From: Psilocybe cubensis
Lineage: Eukaryota
DNA: 64,000 bases
Direction: 5' to 3'
NCBI GenBank assembly: GCA_017499595.2
Contig: CM039000.1
Location: forward strand, 2,294,001-2,358,000
This document shows positions 1 to 14,686 of the stretch, piece after piece (the stretch's first letter is position 1; every line of letters begins with the position of its first letter). The notes beneath the pieces are model-generated. The model saw only the letters and a list, made by a program, of their open reading frames with translations, was not told the DNA's origin and made no database searches. The position numbers and the translations under genes are program-made.

Positions 1-1300
1 CAGATCGCTGTAGTTTGTAAGTTGTGTCCATCAATTCAAATTCGAATAGTCTTACTGAAGGTAAAATAGGCGCCGATCGCACTCTGCGGATATGGGAAAA
101 CAAGCAACCTGCTGCTGAGGTTGCCAGGCTGTCCCACAATACTGCTGTTGTTTGTGTATGCTGGATGCATGCAGATTCAGGCGTGCTGACATTAACGGCG
201 GACGGTATGATCATGAAGTGGACACGGAACGTGAGTCTTATTCTGATGTGAGATTTATCTGCCAACATAGTCATGCAAATTTAAAGGGCAAGGAATGGAA
301 GTTCACCAAATTGTTTCTTGTGTCAGAGGTAGCAATGCTAGATATTCCCGTCTGTATGGCATACGCCAAGGATCGCATTGCTGTTACGACACCTTCTGGC
401 GTTAAGGTGTGGATACTTAACAATGGTAAGTAATCTTTTTTTGGTTGGTTAAAATTTGGAGGCTATTCAATTCAATGATTTTAGGAAGCTGGCAGTCTCA
501 GCGTGACATTGTTCGGTCAGGCGTAACTGCTATCCGGTTTGTGTTCAATGGAGACGCGCTTATTGGAGGTTGCCGTGACGGAGTTTTGTGAGTGCAGTTA
601 AATTTGGAATTCAAAATAAGCGACGACTGACAGCGTTATACTTAGATGGTATTCCGAAGTACCAAATGGAACTCTCCGTGCCCATGTTTTCTTCCCGTCC
701 AAAAAACCCATGTTATTAATTTTACCTTCTTTCTGTAAATCAATAACTGACATCATTTCCAGCACGTCTATTGACCTGCCACCTACTGGTACCTATCTAT
801 TAGTTGCGCAAGAGGGCGGGCAATGTCATTTGGTAACACTGAAACCAAGTGAGAGCAAAGGCGTTATCGAGCGAACATATACATCGGAAAAGCTCCAATC
901 TCTCAAGCAGAAGAGTTTCCCCGCCGTGTTCGCCACCAGGGGCCAAGCAGTTCTCTATGGCACCGTAAACGGATGTGCGCTTGTGTGGGATAGGAAGAAA
1001 GGAGTGATTGTATATGGGCTTAAACATCCAGAAGGTATGGATCGTGTGCAAATGTGCCGTCTGTGTTTGTCCTCACGCACTGGCCTTTCTTTCTCTAGGC
1101 GACCTAATACAGGCTGCAGCTGTGAGTAGTATATGTGGTAGATCCGGTGTAACTTCGGGAGCTGACTTCGCCTGTTGTAGACATTTGACGGACGGCCTGG
1201 CGTGGAAGGTTTGATGGTCACTGGGACGACTCAAGGACGACTGTTTTGGTGGCCGCAACCTGTTGCAGCAGCACCTAGTAGTACCCACAATGGGACTGGG
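1..1300 (+). CDS. WD40-repeat protein, partial (5' end outside window; 3' end uncertain)
   Basis: WD-like segments across several exons: 'GADRTLRIWE', 'HNTAVVCVCW', 'ADGMIMKW', 'SGVKVW', 'YGTVNGCALVWD'; GT-AG introns between them. The final exons could not be resolved. Confidence 0.6.
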
Positions 1301-2049
1301 ACGCGTGCGTGTAAGTTCATACATGTGATGAGTGTCAAGACTGATTGAAGTGATGCATTACACAGAGGATACCTCTCAGAGAAAGCGTGCACAATAATGG
1401 GATATGATAGCTTAGTTATTCGTATAATAGTATAGTTGTTGTTTTGTTAGGGATTTTGTATCATATTTAGCATCAGTGCAATTGTTATCATTATCAGGGG
1501 GCAAGTGATTGTGTTGTATGTTGTTTGGCATTATGCCACGGACAAGGCCGTGCTCCTTTACCAGAGCGATCAAGTCGTTGCAACCAACGCCTTCACCGTC
1601 AGTGACAGTCATATCTTAAACCAGTCCGTTCAACCCCACCCGTTCGCTCCCAAGGTGCTCCTTTCGCTTTCTTGTCCCCGCCTTTACCGTGCTTACTTTG
1701 CTTCCAGCTCCCTGTCTATTTCATACAGCCCCTTGCCTCATTTCGGTCCACGAGCCTGCATAAGCCAACGGTTCATTCTATCGTGTAACTGGTTCGTTCA
1801 CCCACCTATCTCTTGCGCCTATCTACAGAACTTGTTAAAATTCCTTTCTAGATCTGTGAGTTGCCTGCCTTTCGTCCTTCTTACCGTCTTCTACCCTATG
1901 AAACACAGCCACGAGGCTCTGTTGCCACGCCGCCAATGTCTTCAGGCGATAAGAGACGGCTCAGAGGGATAGTATTGCTTATGAGTACTGACTTATCTTT
2001 TGTGGCAGTCGTATCAATTCTGTGAATCATATTCTAGAATCTCATCAAC

Positions 2050-2891
<842 letters not shown>

Positions 2892-3519
2892 GAACGACCC
2901 TTGACGACCAGGACTATTGCCCTTCTACATTATGCTTGTCACTTACGAATCAACCCCTCACGCCACGATCTGGTTATATATCCGACATCGCCTATATTTT
3001 TCCGTCCCCTTTCTACATGTGTCTGCCTCTTCTTATCTGCTACTAGTTAACATCGACGTGATATTTTTTTCCTTTCAACATTTGTCTCTCACACTGAGCT
3101 CAGAGAGAAGTATTGATACCTTATACGTACGTATGTGATTATGTTTTGCAAGAATTCCTTACGGAATCTCCCCCAAAATTCCTACAAGACGTTCCAGGGG
3201 TTTGAGAACCATGTCTGGAAAGTTATATTTTGTTAAGCATGACTGTTAAGTCAGCGATGAGGGGTTCAGCTATTATCAAGTGGTATAACTGTAATGGAGT
3301 CAAAATTGATGCAATTTAAGGAGTGGCAAAGTAAAGAGTGACGTCGTGGAAGGGGTGATGTCAATTTCATCCACGAATATACAGAATTCTGTAAACATTA
3401 CAATGAACATTTTGAAGATATTATAAGAGTCATCTTCTAATGGTTGGGGAAGAAGGCGAAAGAGTGTACAACTAAGGAGTGAAAAAAGAGTCATCCTCTT
3501 CAGTAACGATTCAAGACTA

Positions 3520-4339
3520 TCAATTTGTCGGAACTAAATTTTGTTAGAAATAATGAGTTTTAACACTTATAAAAAAGGGAGCAAGTCTTACCGTCCGCTT
3601 CATCGTTCGAATCAACCTCATCCCGCCTACTATGTGCGTTGAAAGAATGGTCGAATGGGCCCAAGTCCGAGTCTACCACATATGAGACTTTACCATCTTG
3701 ATCATCTTTATCTTTCAAAGGGCTAAGTTCTATGCCTGTGCGGAGTGGACTGGGATCACTGCCCACTTTGGGAAGGTTTGTGTTAGCTTTTGTGTCGGAC
3801 AATGGATTCAAAGGTTTCGAGTCGCCGAAGACATTTTTGAGAAGACCGTCAACAAGGTCTCCCGCTTTCGAATCCACAGTTGGAGGATTCCCATTTGTCG
3901 GGGGAGAAATGATAGGACCTATTCCTGGCAGATTCTTGGAAGTGTCTGACGGCCCTTGGATGATAGGACCTATTCCTGGCAGATTCTTGGAAGCGTCTGA
4001 CGGTCCTTGGATGATAGGACCTATTCCTGGCAGATTCTTGGAAGCGTCTGACGGCCCTTGGATGATAGGAACTGGAGCTTTCGCGGTACCTGTTGCTACT
4101 GTAGGGATGTATGTTATAGTAACACTTGGCTTCGGCTTTGGAATGAAAGCAATTTCAGTTCTCTTTGTATGTTGTTGGCGTGGATTGAACTGCTTCAAGG
4201 GCTTGAGGTTTTTCGCAGCTGCAACTTTGGCCTCGTGTCGGTGATGGTGTCTGGAGGTAGGCTTGGAAGTCACCATAGTCGATAGAGCGAGTACAGCAAC
4301 GATGAGGAGGCTAGAGCGAATTTTCAAAGACATAATCAT
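3520..4339 (-). CDS. Secreted Pro-rich protein with three 17-aa tandem repeats
   Basis: Signal-peptide-like N-terminus (MSLKIRSSLLIVAVLALSTMVTS), dibasic KR and RR sites, 3x PIIQGPSD(A/T)SKNLPGIG; probable short last intron (gtaaga donor at about 3591). Confidence 0.7.
3911..4069. repeat. 51-bp tandem repeat, 3 copies plus a partial copy, in coding sequence
   Basis: gataggacctattcctggcagattcttggaag(t/c)gtctgacgg(c/t)ccttggat begins at 3911, 3962 and 4013. Confidence 0.95.
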
Positions 4340-4842
4340 CGTCGCGTTCTGAGCTTCCAAAGGGGTGATGAGGGTGTCAGGTGGGCCTTTGACTGCTTGA
4401 GGACCAGAGAAAGAAGTGGTACAGGGGTAGACTGAAGAACATAAAGAAACTAGAAGGTGAATTTATATGGCGAATCATCTTTAGAGAGGCTGACTTTTCC
4501 TTGAGGTGATCTCGAGATATTTTGAAATGGTCTGGCACCGTTGGTTGTAAGATGGCTGACTTTTTTCTCCAAAGAAGTCCTATGATGGTGAGCATAATTT
4601 CAAAGTCTCCTGGTTTCAAGTGGCTGGCATACACGACAGAGGTAAATTACGGAGATGCAACCTTTGGCGCTTGAAGTCGACCATAGTGTGAACTCAGTCA
4701 GTCAAGATCCTACGAGGTTTGAAGTAGTGGTGTTGACGGGGTTTACGGACCGACCCTCCGCCCGTACATAACAAGGACAAATAAACCCTTTTTTCGTGGT
4801 TCCGTTCAACATTCTTTCAGATTCTATACTTTGACCTAAATT

Positions 4843-6059
4843 ATGTCTCGTCCACAGGACGACAGAAATCAAGAGGCTACGGTGTATTTGGTATGACTAA
4901 CTTGTTCATGTTTTCTGGAAGGAACTCCACTGCTGACCGTTAGCTCAAAGGGAAATCTGGATGAGCGGTGTACAGATGCACTCATTTGGGAATTGATGTT
5001 GCAAGCGGGACCGGTTGGTGAGTACTAATATACCTTTCGACAATCAGCTAAAGCTCGTATTAATTAAATTGATTCAGTCAATGTGCATCTACCAAAGGAC
5101 CGTATATCAATGGCACATCAAGGGTACGGTTTTTGCGAGTTTCTGACAGAAGAAGATGCAGAATATGGGTGTAAAATTATGAACCAAATCAAACTTTGGG
5201 GGAAACCTATCCGTGTAAACAAGGTTTGTTGACCAATCCTTACATTGGAGCATGTATATTTATACCAGTGTTTTACAGGCCTCTTCGGATAAAAAACAGC
5301 TGGATGTAGGCGCAAATCTGTTCATTGGAAATTTAGATGAAAATGTCGACGAAAGACTCTTGTACGACACGTTCAGCGCTTTCGGAATAATGGCAACCAC
5401 GGCAAAGGTGCGTATCTATCACTCCATTTTTTGAACTACCTGACAGTGTTTTTAAGATTGCCCGCGATCCAACCTCTGGGACATCCAAAGGATACGGTTT
5501 TGTATCATACACGGATTTCGAGTCATCGGATGCCGCTATCGAGTCAATGAATGGTCAATTCTTAATGAACAAAGCAATCACTGTACAATACGCGTTCAAG
5601 AAAGATGGAAAGGGTGAACGTCATGGAACACCTGCTGAACGTCTACTCGCTGCTCAGGCGCGCAAGAATAACGCACTTCCCGTAGCCGCCAGACCGCCTC
5701 CTGCCCCTATCGCTTTCGGTGCCCGGCCACCAATGCCAGGATTCCAGGGACCGTACCAAGGTCAATTTGCTGGTGTCCTCGCAGCGCCTCCACCACCACC
5801 TGGATTTACACCTCAACAAACCATCATGCCTCAAATGCAGATGGGTATGCCCCCTCCAGGGATGGCGCCCCCTGGAATGGCGCCCCCGGGGATGGCACCC
5901 CCTATTCCCCCTATTCCCATGGGCATGCCAGGAATGCCCATGCCACCACCACCACCTCCTGGTATGCAGATGTATGGTGGATTCCCTCCCCCTCCCCCTC
6001 CTGGATTTGGAGGGCAGTATCCTGTTCCTCCTCCACAGCAACAACCACCCCAGTATTAA
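4843..6059 (+). CDS. HSH49: U2 snRNP SF3b subunit 4 (SAP49/Hsh49): two RRMs and a Pro-rich tail
   Basis: [47 protein letters not shown]...QGYGFCEF...[31 protein letters not shown]...[21 protein letters not shown]. Confidence 0.97.
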
Positions 6060-6258
6060 TATCTTCACTGCTAACGTATGTAAAATAATGAATATACCCT
6101 TTTGCAAGATGTTTGTATAATGGCTCTAGTAACAATTTTATGATTTCAGTTGCATGATCAATATGTTTGTTCCCTCATAATAAGCAACGTGTCACATGTC
6201 ACATGTAACCGAAGGATCTTCACTCTACTGGTACATTACCACACGAATTACTACAGCT

Positions 6259-7012
6259 ATGGCGCACACAATTCTAGAATATTCAACATTGGAGTCAACG
6301 TCTAAGTGAGTTCATTGTACTGATGGTATGATTACATTTAACCCCGCTTTCTAGATGGAAGAACTTACCACCACCTCCAGGTTTTTCAAAGTCGTCATCA
6401 TCGACTGTACGTTGTCCTCAAACACGTTTCTCACTTGAATCTCACTCGTCCTTACAATTGAATAGCATAAAGTGACCAACTCTAAGAAAGCGGTGGTGTC
6501 TCCGGAGTCTTATGACGCGCTCAAAGAGAAACGCGCATGGGATGTAGCAATTGCTCCTGCCAAGTCGCTTCCTATGCAGGCTTTCATGCTTTATATGTCT
6601 GGCGGTGGTGTTCAGATTTTCAGCATAGGAATAGTGTTTATGCTGCTGCTCTCTCCTTTCAAGAACATAGCTGGCATCAATGAAGGTATGGTCTAGCACC
6701 ATGCTAGTAGACAATAGTTATTGACGCAGGAACTACTGTCAGCGTTCGCCCAATATGCGCCTTCAAAGAAAAGACCAAAAGCAATCACCACTCTACCTAT
6801 TCACAAAGCTGTCTATATCCTGTGCAACCTTCTTACACTGGGTGTAGGCCTATGGAAATGTCGGTCAATGGGCTTGCTGCCAACTGGTACAGGCGATTGG
6901 CTTGCGTTTGAAACTCGAGGGCCTGTAGGTGTTGTTATAGTCACCAAACGTCGATTCATTTTTTGATATTGTTTTTTGAACTTGATAGGCACCCGAAATA
7001 TCATTATTCTAA
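6259..7012 (+). CDS. EMC4: ER membrane protein complex subunit 4 (DUF1077)
   Basis: '[33 protein letters not shown]' and '[22 protein letters not shown]' are EMC4 hallmark motifs; multi-exon. Confidence 0.93.
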
Positions 7013-7456
7013 CAAATATTCAGTTTGACTTGTCCCATACCCTATTTTACCTATATCCAACAAAGACCGTTTCTCGCACTGATTCGCATGTCAAATGTAC
7101 TAATCCAGACGCTTAAAGAATACATTCATGGTAAAAAGATTTCCTCTAATGTTAGTATAAGGGGGAGTTTGTCAGACAGTTTCCAATCAGTCAGTATTTA
7201 GTAGCAATTATTTATCTTCGGCGTTCACATACATACTAGTAAGGTTTATTGTACCATGCTTATTAACTTGATCACCCTGAACAGCAGGGCCATATGACGG
7301 AATCCTGATCCCAACACAACTCTTATTCATGTGCCATGTGATGGATGTGAGAAGGTATAGCAATTCGCTCAGATTTCTCTCACTCTCCAACACATTACAC
7401 AACGTCCAACGTTGCAGACTCCCGATTATACGAGCTGGTAGCTGATTTGTACCAAT

Positions 7457-10400
7457 ATGGGTCATCCTGGAGACCAGGTTAGCCTGAAAGAGTCTATGCC
7501 CAGGTGTGCTCTACCTCCAGTGGCCCCTTGGGTTAGAACGAGATCCAAATTTCGGCAATTACTTTCGTATATCGCGTTGTTCTCTGTCGCTGTTACATTA
7601 TCAACTATCTTACCTACTCCATGGTCTCTGTATCACGCGACAAACAGCTTGAAGAACGCGTTCAACTCAGGCAAAACGGACCCCGCCACGGAATGGGAGG
7701 ATAACATCTGGCCGTTGCGACAACAGACTCCTTGGGATATATCAACGGATTATTCTTACCCAAGAAAACTCGATTACGAAGTTACCGAGGGAACTTGGCT
7801 GCGTCTGGATGTACATCCTATTTCTGGTGATATCGTATTCGATATGATTGGCGACATATATTGTCTTCCAGGACGCCAGGCACTGAGATCAAACACAGAA
7901 GCAGTTAACGCGCGTCCTATCCTTACAGGCATTCCTCACGACTCCGATCCGCATTTTTCTCCATCAGGTGACAGGCTTGTTTTTAGGAGCGATGCAGAAC
8001 TTGGGGTGGAGAATATTTGGGTGACTGAATGGAAAGGATGCGAAGAAATGGATGTCCGTTCGCCCAGCCAATATAATGAAGAACTTCAACTAGCTTTAAG
8101 CCAACAAGAATATGAAGAAGGCCTCCTTACTCATGGTGTTAAGGAGTCACCTACAAGGAGGACAAACAGGCTTTTACGGGAAGGTCGATTGACTGGTGAG
8201 GCATCCACGTTTAGTACATTCGGGTATTTTATTGATTCTGCTTTTTTTTTCTCAGCTCGGAGAGTTACAAACGAAACATATCGTTGGGTCACGGATGCTA
8301 GGTTTCATCCTTCTGGGCACAAGGTTATTGCCACAAAATGGTACACCTCAGAGCGGTCCCTTGGGGCTGGCGAGGGCTGGGAATATGACGTGCCCTCTAT
8401 CCATGAATTGCGAACAGGAACAAAAAATACCATTCAGCCTGGAAGTGGTACACGTTTAGTTTCCCGTTCTCTGCCTCTGGGTTGGACGTCGGAGAATTAC
8501 GGTGACCAACAGATTGGCCCGGAACAATTTGTCTGGAAAGGGAATGACGCTCTTATATTTGCAAAGAACGTTATTGACTCCTCCAAATTCACATATAGCA
8601 AAGGCAAGGCTTTAAACATCTTGGCGTAACGTGGAGCTCACTGTAATTTACTAGATATCCATAAAGGGATCTACTCGATATTCCAAAAAAATCTTACCAC
8701 TGATTCCACTATCACACTAGTCGATTCTACACCTGGTGGGGCCAGTCGTCCAGAGCTCTCGCGCGATGGCCGTACTCTGGCATTTGTTAGAAGGGTTAGA
8801 GATAAAGAAGCTTTGGTCCTGAAGTCAGTCATTGATCTGCCTAAATTTTGTGTTATGAACTTACTATGCCTGAAGGGATCTTCGAACTGGTTCCATTCAC
8901 AATATTTGGTACGGCTTGACCTACGATGTCTCCGCTATTTCTGCCCCGATGGGAACATATCCCTCGTTTGCCTTCACCCCTGCTGACGATGCCGTCATCA
9001 TATGGGCTGCAGGTCAAATTTATTCTGTCCCTTTGGCTACCAATTCCCTGGGAGAAAAAGTGGCATCTTCGTCCGATTCTCCCAAAGCTATTCAATTTGT
9101 TGCCCGCATTAAGAAACGGCTAGCTAACACTCGAAGTGGTGGCGTTGACTTGGTTCATTTTGAAACTCAGGATACGCAAGACATCCGATCTTTACAGGAT
9201 CTTCGTGCTAACGACGAAGGCACCAAAGTGGTATTCCAAGCCGCTGGGACAACTTATTGGCAACATGTGGGGAAAAACATTAGTGGAGCTGTCCCCGTTA
9301 TGAACGAAGAGGCTTCTTACTACTCGCCCACCTTTGTTCCTGGAGACGATAGCCTTGTGCTTCATGCTCGCTGGTCCGATTCGACGTATACAACTTTTGA
9401 ACTCTCAAATTTGAACACAAATACTGTACACGAGATTGAAGTTCCATTCGGTCGTTATTTCTCACCAATACTCTGTAAATGCCATGGATCAGAAAGGACC
9501 ATTGCTTTCGTCAAGTCGGCAGGAAGCTATCTTTCGGGTGAAATTTTGGCCACTGCCGGAGAAGGCCTTTACATGGGAGAGATAACTCTTCCACCCGTTG
9601 ACGCCACCAACTCTCACAAAATTACAATCCGAAACCTGCGCTTTGTGCCAACGGAAATTGACTTTAACGGTGACGATTCAGCACCTGTTGTCAACATGCG
9701 TTTTATTCATACGAATCAGAAACTTTTAATCCAGCAATCAAGGCGCGCGTTTGTAATCCACTTTGCAGGGAAACACGATTTATCTGGAAAGCCCCCCCAT
9801 AGAAATGTTGCTTCTGGCGAAATGTCAACTGAGCTCGTTGTCGTCCCAAAATCGAACAGTAAATCTGCACTTGATATTGCTTTTGCCGATTTTTTCCATG
9901 TTTATTTTGTCTCTGGGAAGCACGTCAAGAAAGGAGAGGCTGTCTGGTCCCGTCCGGGCAATGCAACCAAAGGTCTGGCTAGGTTGAGCTTAGATGGTGG
10001 CCACAGCATTACCTTCTCCGCCAATGGGGAACGGTTGTTCTGGTTCTTAGGTAGGTTTCAAGAAAAGTTGTTACGTTTACCCCTGCCTCGATTGAACTGT
10101 AGTCTGACGCAGGTCCATATCTGCATTATTTGGAAACTTCTACGCTCAGTAAATGTTCTTCTGCCATTAGAAAGGACCAAGATACCTTCGGTGTCTCGTG
10201 TGTGAAGACATTGGTACGCTTCCAACAAGTCAACAATGTTAAACACACGACCGACATAGCAAGACTTAAACAAGAGGCTGCAAACGCAGTTGCTTTACGT
10301 CAACCCTGGCTTGAAGCCGAAATCAATAATTCAGACGTCTTAGTTGTCTATAACGCAACTCTCCTGACAATGGAGTCAGGAAATGCCGCCACTGATTTAG

Positions 10401-11991
10401 TGAACTCCGGCATTTTGGTGGTGCGGGGAGGCGTTATTGAGTACGCAGGCCCACTCAAAGATTATAATGTGCCCCCTGGTGCTACAGTTATCGACGCTGA
10501 TGGAGGTGTGTTTTGTCGTCTCTGTTTTTGGTCTGAATATTCAATTATCGAAAGGATACGTTGTCCCTGGTTTCCTCGACGTTCATGCGCATTGGAACGG
10601 TTTTTCGGACAGATATCCTGCCAAATCATGGGAACTGGAGACATTCCTTGCGTATGGCATTACAACGCTTCACAAGTACCGTTTTCATTTTCTTGAGCCT
10701 TACATACGATTCACCAGCAACTTTTTTCTTTTAGTCCCAGTGCCGATACAGTCAGTGCCTTCAGCGAACGCAGTCGCGTTGAAGCTGGAAAAATGGTTGG
10801 CCCTCGTATTTTTACTACCGGCACTATTATATATGGCGCAGCAAGCCCTGGGATTCACCAAGATATTGTTGACATGGCTGAAGCATCCTCTGCTCTCATA
10901 AGGATCAAAGCAGAAGGAGGTCCTGCCAGTATCTCATACAAGAATTACAATATTCCTTCTAGGTCAGCTCATGCGCAGTGTTAATGGTTGAACGAGATTT
11001 GAAATTGTTTCTTAGGGCATCTCGACAGAGGTTACTAAAGGTGGCTCAAGACATGAGTATGCTCTGTGTTCCTGAGGGAGGGATGAATTTTGATTGGGAT
11101 TTGACATATATCATTGATGGTCTGCGTATATACCTTGCTTCTTTTAGTGTCTACCTAACCTGCAATTTCTCTCCACTTCTAGGCATGACGACGGTCGAGC
11201 ATCCATTGCCCATTCCGCAACTATACGACGATGTTATCACTTTATATGCTTTGAGCGGCACCGGTGCCACCCCCACGCATATTGTCAATTATGGAGGTGC
11301 ATGGGGTGAACAACTGGTTTGGGCCACAGAGGACGTACCCAACAACCCAAAGTGTGCATTCTATCTACATACAGAAAAGAACTTACTGATCAAATCTATC
11401 TATGCAGACTCCGTCGATTCACGAGGCATGACATTCTGGAATTCGTGTCTGAATCTACTGCGCGACCGAAAGATTGTGCGTTGTATATCTCTTTAATCAA
11501 TTTATTATAATATCTGACCTCTGTTGCCTAGCATATGCATTCTTAAACACATCTCGCTCTATTGCAGCCATGGTAGACAAAGGGTTGTTGGCCAACGTTG
11601 GCGCGCATGGAGAGCCTCCTCTTGGTGTCAACTATCACGCCGAAATGGGCTTCTTTGGCATGGGAGGATTGAGTAACTACGAGGTATTGCTTACAAATTC
11701 AATATAGTGCATAATCTCATATGCATTCTTTAGGTTATACGCGCTGCTACATCTTCAGGGGCCCGTACCTTGGGGATGTTCCCATCCTTGGGCTCACTTT
11801 CCCGGGGAAAGCTCGCAGACTTCTTGGTATATCCTCCAGGAATTGATCTTCTTGTAGGTGAGGTGAGTGAGAAGACCAGGCAACTGCGTTTTGTTGCGCG
11901 AGGCGGAAGAATCTGGGAGGCCGACTCAATGGTTGAATTCTGGCCAGTGAAAGGAAGGAAACAGACCATGCCTGTATTGAATGCCGATTAG
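7457..11991 (+). CDS. Membrane-anchored TolB/PD40-like beta-propeller fused to a metal-dependent amidohydrolase
   Basis: N-terminal hydrophobic helix; propeller motifs 'EGTWLRLDVHPISGDIVFDMIGDIY', 'DSDPHFSPSGDRLVFRSD', 'GGASRPELSRDGRTLAFVRR'; amidohydrolase motifs 'PGFLDVHAHW', 'VPEGG', 'TTVEH', 'GAHGE', 'GSLSRGKLADFLV'; about 10 introns. Confidence 0.85.
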
Positions 11992-12500
11992 AGTGATATT
12001 AGCATACATGATCTTTCTTGCTGCTAATGAAATATAAAGCTTTCCAGACTGACGATTTGTTTATCTTTTTTTCGGTGGAGCGTTATCGGTTTGTCGGAAA
12101 AGACATAGTCATCCCCTTGCAGCCGCTTGGATTGTTTACACTCTAAATATCAGTAAAACAGTGCCCTATGAAACTTTTATCGCCTTCATAAATCAACCTT
12201 TTCATATAGTCTCGGCCCGAGTCTATTTATGTAACATGATGTTCAACTTCAACAACTCCTTCCACTTTTGTCCCCTTCTGACTCATTGGTTATACCACCA
12301 CCTTTGGCACATCTCTTACCTATACCCAGAATCCCCGGCCGATACCCAACGCTGTGCTGCTTGATTGTTCTCTACATACGTTCAACAAGACGAACTTCTT
12401 CAAAGATACTTCCGGGGGAGCACACGAGTCTTGAATCGATACTTGGCAGCTTTCACTACCTTTCTTCAGTTCTAGTCTTTCTTCCAAAGAGACGGCAATT

Positions 12501-14333
12501 ATGATCATCACAATACGAAACCTAACTACAGACATTATAGTTGCACAAGCGTCCTCATCACCTTCGAAATTCAATGTTAATCGACGGACAAAACATCATG
12601 GCAATGGATCAACTGAGAAGTCATCGTTTCCTACAGAAATTACTCTCCATACTTCCGTGGATGTAGTCATGGAACTACCCAAAGGTTTCCAACATGAACT
12701 TAATCTTCAACACATTCCGGATACTGTTCAAGATCTCAGTTCCTCTACTATGACGGAGACACAAGGATTGTTAGGCCGTAACAAATGGCACATTCACCCT
12801 GAGGGTTTCAAAGTCCGATTCTCTATGATGCTTGGTGCGTCATGGCAATCTTTATCCACTCCAGAGGATTGTCCTTGGAGACTTTTTTCTCGTCGCGTAT
12901 GTATTCCACTGTTATTAAGTGAGGGGGGCTGTCCCAAATGTTTTGGGATTCAGTATCAATTGGCATTAGAACGTCGTTGCTGAATGATTCTGTGCTCAGA
13001 TATCACGACGTCGCCATAAGTTGCTCATTCTTAGCCGTCGGAATTTAGGTTCATTTCTTTCCGAGATGCCTGACCGACTGCCCTTGTCTTCGCTTGCCCT
13101 TCCAGGTTCGTTTCATTTTTTTTTTCGTAAATTTCTGAATAAATCAACAGCATATATCCCATCTAACAGGTACTCACGATACGTAAGTACATTGTTGTTG
13201 CGTTGAGTTTATATCGTAAATAATTTGATCTAATGCGCTGATCTACAGGATGGCGTTCCATGGTTGGCCTATCTCCCAATGTCAGTCGCCAGCCAGCCCA
13301 TTAAGCACTCAACTTCTTGGAGGTATTCGCGTTCTTGATATCCGTCTCGCTGTGATTCCACCTCCAACACCTATTCTCAAGCCCGATATTAAATATGAAT
13401 TAATTGCCTATCATGGATTGTGGCCTCAAAAAACGCCATTCACTATTATCTTGAAAGATATTCATGCTTTTCTGAACTCACCGATAGGGATGAAGGAAAC
13501 CATTGTAATGTCCATTAAGCAAGAGGACTTCGTTGTGACGCCTGCACGAATTTTTTCGAAACTCGTTAGAGAGACTATAGTTCATGGTGCCGGGGGCTGG
13601 GGTGACTCTGAATCAACTGGGCATGGTGTAAACAAAGGGATGTGGTTCCTGGAAAACCGCATACCAAGACTGGGGGAAGTGAGAGGGAAAGTAGTTATGC
13701 TGAGTCGCTTCGGAGGCGATGGACACGGCTGGGAGGGTGGTCTAGAGGGCCTTGGAATACATCCTACAACTTGGCCTGATAGCGAAAAGAAAGGATTTCA
13801 GTGGGAGCTGAAAGGTACTCTTGTCCGAACTCACGATTGGTAAATCATCCTTTCTCCAGTTGCTTACTTATCCACATTTACACTATTAATATAGGTATGG
13901 CATCCCGTCATTTCTCTCCATTCCCGAGAAAGTGAAGTTGGGTACAGAAAATTTAATTCCTCCGCCGGATCTCAAGAAACCACTGCTACCGATAACCTAT
14001 TTCTCTGCAGCGTCTTTTCCTCTCGCATTTCCACCTACAGTAGCTAAAGGTTTTGGGTGGCCAAAATGGGGCCTTGGGGTGGAAGGAGTAAACAGCAAAC
14101 TAGGAGCTTGGCTGCTCGATCAACTGGGCGGAGATGCTGGCGCCGCCTATCCGAAAGCCACTAATAAAGACATTCTTTTGGAGAAACGACCTCAGGGAGA
14201 ACAGCAAGCAGAGCCAAGAATACGTGGTTGGACTTTCTTGGACTATTACTCGGAACCTGAAGGAGGCGACCTTGTCCCATTGCTGATCGAATGCAATTTT
14301 AGAGGGCGGAAGGAAGGAGAAGAGGGATGGTAA
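12501..14333 (+). CDS. Phosphatidylinositol-specific phospholipase C, X-domain (bacterial/fungal PI-PLCXD type)
   Basis: 'LPLSSLALPG|THDT|MAFHGWPISQCQ...QLLGGIRVLDIRL...IAYHG...ETIVMSIKQE...IPRLGEVRGKVVMLSRF'. Confidence 0.9.
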
Positions 14334-14686
14334 GGTCAGTCCGAGTACTACATTTTTAATATGACTTTTGTAAATATGAAGTCAGGATCCCAATCTGTGA
14401 TATCGTAAATGTATGCCATAAATAGAAACGGCACTACACTTTGCTTGCTCTTAGCGCAAACAAATGTAATGGTTCAGATAACTTGGGTTTAAGTCGATGG
14501 ATGTGCGTCTGCAATTTGAAAGGTTCTGACCTCACTGTGAAAAATTGACTTTCAATGATGCGGTCTTTCGCATTTAACCGTGAGCCCGATTAGGAAGATG
14601 GAAATGTCCAGGCTCCTTAAATAGGGGCCCATTCGCACTCCTTACTAAGATCGTTCACACCGACTCTTGACCAGCTTCAGCCCACC

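Noticed and set aside
3911-4069. Regular direct repeats as a CRISPR-like array
   Set aside because: Head-to-tail with no spacers, in-frame coding, and in a eukaryotic context.
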